DNA from: Octopus vulgaris
Lineage: Eukaryota
Direction of reading: 5' to 3'
Length of the DNA stretch: 64,000 nt
NCBI GenBank assembly: GCA_951406725.2
Contig: CATOCA020000001.1
Location: 4,464,001-4,528,000, forward strand
This document shows, piece by piece, positions 12,756 through 22,918 of this stretch. The notes under the pieces were generated by a model. That model did not search any database. It worked only from the letters and a program-made list of their open reading frames with translations, and had not been told where the DNA came from. The translations under genes and the position numbers were made by a program. Position 1 is the stretch's first letter; every line of letters starts with the position of its first letter.

Positions 12756-13318
12756 AACAATGATAAATATCAATGTGAGTTATATATAGTAGCGGTAACA
12801 CAACGTGACGTATTTTTGCCATTTCAATATGGCTAAACCCTAAGGGTGGATGCTACTGTAGTTTTTAGCCCCAGGAGGACACACTCCTCCAGCTGGCCAT
12901 AGACACACTTTCTGTGTCCTGTCAGTATTTGTAAAGGGAAGTCATCCTTCCCGTCTTCAACTTATGATACACACGGACTCGAGTTTCAAGGTATTGACCT
13001 CTCGTCAGCGTGTGACAATCATAGTTGTCGCCGAGAATTAGATTTCCTTCACAAATACTTATACTTTTTCCAGCGTCCACTGTCGCTGATATTGAAAAAG
13101 TGACATCAAACAATGATAAATATCAATGTGAGTTATATACAGTAGCGGTAACACAACGTGACGTATTTTTGCCATTTGACTTCCCTTTGCAAATACTGAC
13201 AGGACACAGAAAGTGTGTCTATGGCCAGCTGGAGGAGTGTGTCCTCCTGGGGCTAAAAACTACAGTAGCATCCACCCTTAGGGGTTAGCCATATTGAAAT
13301 GGCAAAAATACGTCACGT
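12756..13318 (-). mobile_element. Non-autonomous hammerhead-containing retroelement (retrozyme / Penelope-like pLTR) in (TA)n
   Basis: 353-bp monomer with a 69-bp direct repeat (12756-12824 = 13109-13177), a 142-bp inverted copy (12803-12944 vs 13177-13318), a 47-bp unpaired tail and (TA)n on both sides. Confidence 0.82.
12970..13014 (-). ncRNA. Minimal type I hammerhead ribozyme
   Basis: Minus strand: CACACG-CTGACGA-GAGGT caat ACCTT-GAAA-CTCGAG-TC-CGTGTG = stem I, CUGANGA core, stem II, GAAA, palindromic stem III, GUC site, stem I'. Confidence 0.9.
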
Positions 13319-13869
13319 ATATATATATATATATATGTATGTATATGTATATGTATTTGTGTGTGTGTGTGTGTGTGTGTTTCCATTTGCTGTTACTGAA
13401 AATTGCTCAGCAATGAACGATTTGATTATCATTTTCCCTGTTAATAGACAAACCATTGGAATAAGTGATCCCTTGAACAACAGGTAAGGGTTAATAACAT
13501 GAAGGGGATCCAGATGCAATTAGAATGGATCAATAATATACTCATACAACCCATGGTAGTATGGAGAAAAGCTGTAAAATGATTGCTTTATATGCATATA
13601 CGTACATATATAAGTCTATGTATGTGTATTCTCGTTTACATGTGTGAGTAGCTGTATGGCATAGTGATTCCGGTGTTACCCTCACAATAGCTAGATCGTG
13701 GGTTTGATTCTTGCAATACCCTTCCTTTCCCAAGACTTCCGAATGTTCGCCTGCTTTCCTAACCAGTGGAGTGGCATCATTGAAAACGTCAAACAATGTA
13801 AAGCACATTGTGACCAGTGATGTGTAACATCTGGCAGTATACTCGATCATGTGACTACATGATTATATA

Positions 13870-13937
<68 letters not shown>

Positions 13938-14016
13938 CGTGTGTGTGTGTGTCTTTTGTTTTCTGTAAATTTGTCTGTGTGTGTGTGTGTGTGTGCGTGT
14001 GGGTTGGGGTACTTAA

Positions 14017-14159
14017 GGTTGGAATTTGAAACTATTTCTTGTGAAGGGTATCGACTTGTAACCTTTAATTAAGATCTTAATACATAAGCATTACGAAAGA
14101 TGTTTTATGAATACATTTGTGTACACTACACACGGAGACAAAGGCCAGATGACTGCTAG
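14017..14159 (+). mobile_element. Helitron-like 3' end fragment
   Basis: Ends GGAGACAAAGGCCAGATGACTG-CTAG|T; duplicate of 15667-15809. Confidence 0.55.
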
Positions 14160-14411
14160 TATATATTATACATACACATATATACATACGCATAGCAGAC
14201 TTAATAACATAGGCTAAGAGAAGAATAAGATAGGGAGGAAATGGAGGAAGCGAGGTATTGAAATAAACACTGGGTTTACAATTTGAAGTTCGGAAGTGTG
14301 GAAGTTGTAAAGATAATTTATGGACAGGTCAGAAAGAAAGCTAAAACAGCAAATGGAGTGGGAGGGAGTTACAGTTACAGACAATAAATACATGAAACTT
14401 GACTTTATCAC

Positions 14412-14487
<76 letters not shown>

Positions 14488-14504
14488 TTATATTCAGTTT
14501 TAAA

Positions 14505-14834
14505 AGTCTTTCACATGTTTCAGGCATTTGACAGCGACCATTCTGTAGCACCACCTCGAAAGGTTCTAGTTGAACAAATCAACCCCCGGACATTTTTTCA
14601 GCCTAGTACTTATTCTATCGGCATCCTTAAGCGAACCGCAAAGTTATGGTGATGTAAACACACCAACACCGGTTGCCAATCGATGATGAAGAGTCCATAT
14701 AAACACACAAGTATATATATATGCGACGGGCTTCTTTCACTTCCCATCTACCAAATTCAATCTCAAGGCTTTAAGGGATTGAACGCAGAACCATGTGGTG
14801 AGGAAGCAAGCTTCTTACCACACAGCCATTCCTG
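14505..14834 (-). mobile_element. SINE family A, diverged
   Basis: Degenerate but collinear with family A. Confidence 0.7.
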
Positions 14835-15379
14835 TGACTATATACACAGATATATACATATATGAATTTTGTAGTGTCCAGGGAGTCATTATGCCAATAT
14901 CATTAACACACGCACTGGTTCGATTCCACTTCTTTATTGTTTGTCAATATTTAAATTCATTTGTTTTCAAAATATTTTCTTTTCTAAGATGAACATAATT
15001 TTTGCACAATTCATCGATGAACGAAATGTAAAGAAACATACAGGCACGAACACACATTTACCCACTCACACACACACACACACAAGCATATGCATAGGTG
15101 TATATAAATATGTATGCGTATGTATGAGTGTATACACATACATACACATACGTACATATAGATGTATAATGATAAATGAAAATTTATTGAATCGATTTTT
15201 ATGAAGTTTGGTAAACGAATGAAATAAAGTCACGTGATTGAATTTAGAAACAACAAAAATGAATTGCATGTTACGGGATTTATTGTGGAATTTTTTAAAG
15301 ACATTTTACTTCAGAACATTCAGTATAATGCGTAGAAGACAACATAACATTTTTCAATCATCTGGAGCTCAAAGCTCCC

Positions 15380-15809
15380 GAAGTTGAAGGTCTATGGAGA
15401 CACAAGAAGAAAGGCAGGACAGGCACGGAGACAAAGAAATGTCGTAGAGACACAACAGCAACAGGAAGTAAAACATCAGTTTCAAACAACTAGTCAAGCC
15501 TACTGGAGGGAACAAGAGACACCAGAGGGGAAACGACAGAGGTTCGAGTCTCAAGCCATTAGAAAATCCAGCTTAAGAGAATATACGTTAACAGAACAAC
15601 TTCAAAGTAACGCAGATAGAAATGCCTGCTCAAGAGAAGAGGAAACATCAAAGTAACGACAAGTCAGGTTGGAATTTAAAACTTTATCTTTTGGAGAGGA
15701 GCGACTTGTCACCTTTAACGAAGATCTTAATACATAAGCATTACGAAAGATGCTTTATGAATACATTTGTGTAGAGTACACACTGGGTCAAAGGTCGGGT
15801 GACTGCAAG
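15380..15809 (+). mobile_element. Helitron-derived relic with STPR-like (ETxEqR..RL) coding remnant
   Basis: Frameshifted METQEERQDR / REQETPEGKRQRFESQ..REEETSK*RQVRLE repeats followed by a hairpin-like GGGTCAAAGGTCGGGT and CAAG|T (CTAG|T in the mirror copy at 44433). Confidence 0.5.
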
Positions 15810-15924
15810 TATATATTACACACACATACACATAGTAGACTTAATAATATAGGCTAAGAGAAGAATAAGAGAGGGAGGAAATGGAGGAAGCAGAGGCCTT
15901 GAAATAAACACTGGGTCTACATTG

Positions 15925-16169
15925 AGGGAAAATAAGTTGAAAAACAGCACCAGAAGATCTGACCACTCTGATTTGTTTAAAATCAAAAGTGGTCAACCAG
16001 ATGTGAAGTCTTGTGAAGCCACATACATTAGATCAACTAGAAGACAGATTCACCACAGACTGAAAAAGCATTCCTTCAAGACCACACCACCCAGGGCTTT
16101 ATTCTAACAATGTCAATATTGCCAAGGGAAATATCGCACCAGGATTATAGAAAGAGGCGTAGATGATGG
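15925..16169 (+). mobile_element. Penelope-like element GIY-YIG endonuclease relic
   Basis: LFKIKSGQPDVKSCEATYIRSTRRQIHHRLKKH...ALF*QCQYC resembles the VYKIxC..C..xYIGxTxR.L..R..EH...A...H motif; stop codon; truncated by a SINE. Confidence 0.65.
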
Positions 16170-16510
16170 AAGCACTCCGTCGGTTACGACGACGAGGGTT
16201 CCGGTTGATCCGATCAACGGAACAGCCTGCTCGTGAAATTAACGTGTAAGTGACTGAGCACTCCACAGACACGTGTACCCTTAACGTAGTTCTCGGGGAT
16301 ATTCAGCGTGATACAGTGAGTGACAAGTTCGGCCCTTTGAAATACAAGTACAACAGAAATAGGAAGTAAGAGTGAGAGAAAGTTGTGGTGAAAGAGTACA
16401 GCAGGGATCACCACCATCCCTGCCAGAGCCTCGTGGAGCTTTAGGTGTTTTCGCTCAATAAACACTCACAACGCCCGGTCTGGGAATCGAAACCGCGATC
16501 CGACGACCGC
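16170..16510 (-). mobile_element. SINE family C
   Basis: Tail GACGGAGTGCT and B-box GGTTTCGATTCCC; mirror at 43732-44066. Confidence 0.85.
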
Positions 16511-16820
16511 TGATATCAACCACTGAATGACAAAGATCCACTTCTTTAGAAGCACAGCACGAAGTTTGAAGCTCTGAAGTGAGCCAGACGAATGGAATCA
16601 TTTACTGCATTCAGGAATATTAATCGCTACTTGTCAATTATACACATAAAATTAAAAATTAATGTAAAATATTTCCTTTTTTTAGCTGAAGGCAGAAATT
16701 TATTGTAGAGATTGCATTAAATTATATGAAGAAAAAAAGATTTTATATTTTTTATATTCCTGTAAAATTGACTTACAAATTAAAATATTTCCTTGAAATA
16801 TAAAATTCCATCAGGTATAA

Positions 16821-17214
16821 TCTTTATATATAAAAGTAAGGTTGTGTGTCTGCCTCCTACGATTTAGATTCCTAACTACTCCCACATTTTGCGGTGCAGT
16901 TTAACCAAAACCGGTTATCTTATAGTCGTGATTCATATCGAGCCCTTCTGGGTATTAGCGCGCGTCTACGGTGAGTCTACCATTTAAAAAAAATTTACCA
17001 TCATTTTTTCCATTTTAATGCATTTTTTCGCTATTATATAAGGGAAGTAACTCTCTAAAAATGTCTACGATGAGTCAACGATTTTTAAAAAAAATTATCA
17101 TCATTTTTTTCCCATTTTTAATGCATTTTTTGGCTATTTTTTGGCTATAACTCTCTAAAAATGCTTAATAGTTATTTCCCTTACAAACCCAAGCAACGCC
17201 GGCGATACTGCTAG
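16821..17214 (+). mobile_element. Non-autonomous Helitron
   Basis: A|TC 5' end (TCTTTATATATAAAAG), subterminal GC-rich hairpin-like CCCAAGCAACGCCGGCG, CTAG|T 3' end, inserted between A and T with no TSD. Confidence 0.8.
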
Positions 17215-17342
17215 TTAGGTATAATTTTCTTCCTTTAAATTTCCTCACATATATTTATTTCAACCTTTCTATTCTTATAAAAATGCAGGACACATTTTTA
17301 TAGTTTATATAATGGCTTGAGAAAAACATAAATGGGAATAGA

Positions 17343-17359
17343 AGAGCATTTGTATGTGC

Positions 17360-17409
<50 letters not shown>

Positions 17410-17417
17410 CATTTGTA

Positions 17418-17470
<53 letters not shown>

Positions 17471-17483
17471 CATTTGTATGTGC

Positions 17484-17535
<52 letters not shown>

Positions 17536-17570
17536 CATTTGTATGTGCATATATATATATATATATATAT
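17343..17570. repeat. Compound minisatellite: [GAGCATTTGTATGTGC-(AT)n-(AG)n] x~4
   Basis: Direct reading; mirrored at 43381-43655. Confidence 0.9.
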
Positions 17571-18175
17571 TGGTAAAAACGGTAAGATAACAAAAGAAAG
17601 AAAGAGACCTCAATATTATGTAAATAGAGGAAATTCTCTATAAAATAATATGTTACAATTACTCAATAGAATATTCTATGTAATATGCTTCCATATTAAA
17701 TTTTTCTGTGTGTAAGAGTCCTCAACCGATGTGAGGCGATAAACCAAAAATCCGTATTAGCTCTTAGTGAATATATATATAAATGCACAAATAATTTACA
17801 TTATTAAAACATGCTATAAATTAATAATTACTGACTAATTAGAGTAGAAATACGTACATGACTTTTAAAAAAATATTTGGATTTATGATTGATTAAATAC
17901 CCAAGGCTAAGCTCCAGCGTGGCCACAACCCAATGCTTTAAAAAATAAAACGCATGACCCACATATCATATGTATAACTTGAAATCTCTCCACCACCAAC
18001 ACCGTTTAGTCTCTTAATCTCTCCCTCTCCCTCTCTTTCTCTCTCTATAAACGACAAACCAACTTTTCAATTATTATTCACCTCTTTCTCCTTTACAAAT
18101 CTACACTTTTATATAATCATTTTATTTCCTCATCTATTCTACTGGTAATTCCAGAGAAATCAAACATAATTTCCT

Positions 18176-18395
18176 ATTCTACTCTCGGTACAAGACCCGA
18201 AATTTTGGAGGAGGAGGCCAGTCGATTAGGTCGTATTAGTACGTAACTGGTACTCAATTTATCGACAGCGAATGGATGAAAGGCAAAATTGACCTCGGCG
18301 GAATTTGACTTCAGAACATAAAGACAGACGAAATACCGCTTAGCATTTCGTAAATTTTTTTTTTCCCACAAGGGGACAACACAGAGGGGACAGTA
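18176..18395 (-). mobile_element. SINE family B (partial)
   Basis: Family B core; mirror 42338-42552. Confidence 0.8.
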
Positions 18396-18479
18396 CAATC
18401 TGATATGGGGTCAGATTTAACGTATGAATCGACACAAAGATGGATTTTAAAATTTTACATAAATATGAAGAGTTCGGAT

Positions 18480-18720
18480 GATAAAATATACAACATTACA
18501 GAATAGAGTGGGGAGGACGGGATGTGCTTGGACCCCACGAGCGCTGCCTCCCCACTGATGCTTTGGGTTCATCCTGCAATGTATTCATGCAGTTCCATCC
18601 GTACCCCGCTTTCGGGCGACATTCTTCCATCGATCTTGAAACATTTTCGCGGACAGGCATTTTCTCTCAAACCCTATTTTCCTTAGGTGGAAGGTGGAGA
18701 AATTAAACAACCCAGGGGCA
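18480..18720 (-). mobile_element. Probable 3' end of an L1/Tx1-like LINE
   Basis: Minus strand FHLRKIGFERKCLSAKMFQDRWKNVAR resembles the C-terminal ..F..RW.. motif of L1/Tx1 ORF2, followed by an A-rich tail; recognition from memory only. Confidence 0.35.
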
Positions 18721-18821
18721 GAGATAGAATGCCTATTATTAACCCTATTTTTAATTCACACAGCAGTTTAGAGACTCCGCCGTTCGTGCATAATAAACTT
18801 TATAATCATTCTAAACAATAA

Positions 18822-19045
18822 GGCGGCGAGTTGGCTGAAACGTTAGCACGCCGAGCGAAATGCGCAGCCGTATTTCGTCTGCCGTTACGTTCTGAGTTCA
18901 ATTCCGCCGACTTTGCCTTTCATCGTCGACTTTAAATAATACCAGTTACCACTTTCTATCGTTTCTGGGTCCTCGTGTTTATTAAATAAGTACCAGTAAC
19001 GCCGGATCGATTTGCCTTTTCTTTTCGGGGTCGATATAAGTACAG
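18822..19045 (+). mobile_element. SINE family B (3' part garbled)
   Basis: Intact head, scrambled tail; the mirror copy 41695-41902 is clean. Confidence 0.8.
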
Positions 19046-19339
19046 TTACGCTGGGTCATTAATCTTAATTTTCAAGTCCTTGTGCCAAAGAAGAAATAAT
19101 AATTCTAGACAACGTGAAATAATCCTCAGAAGACATCCATCTGATAGATAATATTTAAGATTGCGAGAAAACATATTTAATGCATTCCACATCAAAATGT
19201 TAACATAGGATAAAGAAGTGGGGAGAGAAATGTATGCAGTCACCCACTTTTTGAATGTTTAAACAATTCATACTGTTATATAAATAATATTTAAAATACG
19301 AGAACAATTACATTTAGATGTAAAATTAAAGAAATAGTC

Positions 19340-19737
19340 TTTTCTACTCAAGACACAAGGCCCCAGATTTGGTGGGAGGTGGCCAGTAGATAAGTGTAAT
19401 ACCAGTACGCGACCAGTACGAAAGGATGAAAGGCAAAGTCGACCTCGGCGGAATTTGAACTCAGAAAATAAAGACAGACGAAACATCGCTAAGTGTTTCG
19501 CCCGGCGTGCTAACGTTTCTGCCAAGCTAGCTGCCTTTTCTTTTCTACGATAGGCACAAGGCGAGGGAACCAGTTGATTGGATAGACACCAGTATGCAAC
19601 TGGTATTTAATTCATCGACCCCAAAAGGATAAAGGGTAAAGTCAACCTCGGTGGAATTTGAACTCAGAACGTAAAGACGGACGAAATGCGTTGCAGCATT
19701 TCGTCCGGCGTGCTAACGTTTCTGCCAGCTCACGCCT
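19340..19737 (-). mobile_element. Two tandem SINE family B copies
   Basis: Two heads (ending 19535 and 19737); mirror 41053-41450. Confidence 0.85.
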
Positions 19738-19851
19738 TAAATTAAATAAAAATTATTTTCTACTCTAGGCACAAGGGGAGGGAGCCTGATGCTCGAGAAA
19801 AATTTTAAACTCTTGTACATATATACATACATACATACATACATACATACA

Positions 19852-19921
<70 letters not shown>

Positions 19922-20409
19922 TAATCCAAACAAGAAAGCACAAAAAACACAACAACGAGAGGACGTGGAACAAATATAGTATTATTGGACGCTCAGGAAA
20001 GAAGGAAAGATCCAGAGAAGGGAAGACAGAGGGAAAAAAATCGTATATATATATATATATATATTCGTAAACTCTATTTCCAGCCCTTCTACATTTGTAT
20101 TTCTCAAGATAAGATTCAAGACAAGAAAATTTTTTTTACCTTATTTCAAATGGTTTCGATGCTGGAGAAGCTTGGGATTCGTGTTTCCTCACGAAGCGAA
20201 AGGATATAAATGTTTCTTAGTTAGTTAATAAGCAGGAGGTGACTACTCTTATTCAATTTCGTGCCACACCCTGACTAACACGAAATCTTTTATTTAAATT
20301 TGAATGCTTTTTACAATTTGTCATGTCAAAGTATAATTCAATTCATTTCGTATGACGTAACCTCTCCATAATTGTCTGAAAACCTATGTGCATATATATA
20401 TATATATGG

Positions 20410-20452
<43 letters not shown>

Positions 20453-20562
20453 GTGTGTGTGTGTGTGTGTGTGTGTACATATGTATGCAGATTATATAAA
20501 ACCCACTTAAATCTTGTCAAACCAGTTTTCTTGTTAAATGTTCATACACACACACAAAACTG

Positions 20563-21026
20563 ACCCCCACTACCCCGCCCTGTCCCTAGCTACATTCAGA
20601 TGGCTGATCCCCCTTATGTTATAGAGCAGTTACTGTTTATATCTCGCTCAGAGATTTATTATTGTTGTCGAACGGTTTTTCTACATCAGTGACTGTGGTT
20701 ACTGTGAAAATCCATATATATCCAGCCTGTAGAGGAAGTCCCTCAACGAAGAACGGTGCTTACCATGCGTTGATAAGAGGCAAATACCTCGAAACCGGTC
20801 CGTATGTAGTATCCGTATCTTCGGGGAGGCTGATCTCCCTTTGCAGGCTGGCAAGGACACCGAGATGGTGTCAGCCCTTCTGGTGACGTTGATGATCGCA
20901 TGGGGCTAAATGCATCAGTAACACCCCCACTACCCCGCCCTGTCCCTAGCCACATTCAGATGGCTGATCCCCCTTATGTTATAGAGCAGTTACTGTTTAT
21001 ATCTCGCTCAGAGATTTATTATTGTT
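20563..21026 (+). mobile_element. Non-autonomous hammerhead-containing retroelement (360-bp monomer + 104-bp terminal redundancy)
   Basis: 20563-20666 repeated at 20923-21026 (period 360); ends TTTATTATTGTT-(AT)n; collinear homology with the minus strand of 12756-13177. Confidence 0.82.
20764..20806 (+). ncRNA. Minimal type I hammerhead ribozyme, U3-A8 variant
   Basis: CATGCG-TTGATAA-GAGG caaata CCTC-GAAA-CCGG-TC-CGTATG. Confidence 0.82.
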
Positions 21027-21041
21027 ATATATATATCTATA

Positions 21042-21658
21042 TATATATTATATTAAATTAGAGATAAAACCACTATTAGGCAAATCAAACAGTGAAAAAC
21101 ATAAGCCAATACATAAAATTAATTTAAAAATATAAAAGTTAAAATTTAAAAAATTATTTAAATAATTTGAACTTATAAATTTTAAATATATATATATACA
21201 AAAATATATATATATATATATGTGTGTGTGTGTATGTATGTATATTTTTATATTTATATATTATTTTATTTATTCATTTATTTTAATTAATTAATTTATT
21301 TATTTATTTATATAATAATTAAAAAAAATTGATAAATAAATAATTAAATATATTAATTAATAAACAAATTAATAAATAAAATAAAATATAAATATAAAAG
21401 ATACATACACATATATATATATATATATATATATTTGTATATATATATATTTAAAATTTATAAGTTTAAATTATTTAAAAACTTTTTTAAACTTTAACTT
21501 TTATATATTTTTAAATTAATTTTATGTATTGGCTTATGTTTTTCACTGTTTGATTTGCCTAATAGTGGTTTTATCTCTAATTTAATATAATATATTTATA
21601 CTATAAAATTGGATTTAATCCTAAATCTAATTTTTCCCTGCAATTTTGGATTTATTCC

Positions 21659-21662
<4 letters not shown>
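21042..21662. mobile_element. AT-rich foldback element (~550-bp hairpin plus ~66-bp tail) in (TA)n
   Basis: TTAAATTAGAGATAAAACCACTATTAGGCAAATCAAACAGTG (~21052) is inverted at ~21543-21584; arms meet near 21310; unpaired tail 21596-21662; mirror 39128-39750. Confidence 0.75.
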
Positions 21663-21702
<40 letters not shown>

Positions 21703-21704
<2 letters not shown>

Positions 21705-21867
21705 CGCAGGAGTGGCTGTGTGGTAAGTAGCTTGCTTACCAACCACACGGTTCCGGGTTCAGTCCGACTGCGTGGCATCTTGGGCAAGTGTCTTCTGCTA
21801 TAGCTTCGGGCCGACCAATGCCTTATGAGCGGATTTGGTAGACGGAAACTGAAAGAAGCCTGTCGTC

Positions 21868-21917
<50 letters not shown>

Positions 21918-22140
21918 GTGTGTGCTTGTGTGTCTGTGTTTGTCCCCCTAGCATTGCTTGACAACCGATGCTGGTGCGTTTACGTCTCCGTCACTTAGCG
22001 GTTCGGCAAAAAGAGACCGATACAGTCTAACAAAGAATAAGTCCCAGGGTCGATTGGCTCGACTAAAGGCGGTGCTCCAGCATGGCCGCAGTCAAATGAC
22101 TGAAACAAGTAAAAGAGAAAAAGAGAAAAGAGAAAAAAGA
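21703..22140 (+). mobile_element. SINE family A, full length
   Basis: Complete copy; mirror 38641-39078. Confidence 0.9.
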
Positions 22141-22918
22141 GACATATATATATATATATATATATAAGACGGGCTTCTTTCAGTTTCCGTTCACCAAATT
22201 CACTCACAAGAGTTTGATGGCCCAAGGCAACAGTAAACACACTTGCCTAAATAGCCTCACACGCTCTTTCTCTCCTTCTCTCCTTCTCTCACTCTCTCTC
22301 TCTCCCCTGGTGTGTTTATGTCCGCGTAACTTACCTGTTCGGCAAAACAGATCGATAGGATAAGTACACGGCTTACAACGGATATGTACCCGGATTGATT
22401 TGTTCGACTGGAGGCGGTGCTGCCGCATGGGTCCGGTTAAATGCCTCAAAAAATAGGGGAACGAATAAAAGAATATAGAGAAAGATGGATGTGGCTGTAT
22501 ATAGAGTTGTTTACTGGGATAGAAGTATAATTTTTTTTTATAAAAGCGACTTCAGTTGTTAATGTTAAGTCAAGTGTAACAACACTCTTCGCTTATTGTG
22601 GCATAAGTCACACAAACACCTTTTCTTCGATTCGCACACACACAGGCACACCTGTTTCATACTAACAATTACTACTAGAGACACACTCAATGACTTGTTA
22701 GTAATATTTATAACTATTCCTTGGTAATTTACATTCTGGGTTCGAATCCCGTCACCTTTTATCATTTGAGGGTCGATACAATTCTCTCAAGATTAACTTT
22801 GGCGTCGATATAATTAATTAGCAAAAGTTAAAACCTTATAATTGTAGTAAGCAGAATTATTTGTAGCTCGAGGTGCACCTTGTAGATGATTATTCTATTT
22901 ATATAAGGACGTAGGGTG

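Noticed and set aside
19917-20043. TA-flanked repeat AAAGTTAATCCAAACAAG..GCTCAGGAAAGAAGG (also 29883-29968, 30823-30908, mirror ~40745-40871) as another hammerhead element
   Set aside because: Probably a similar TA-inserting repeat end, but no hammerhead core is present in these copies.
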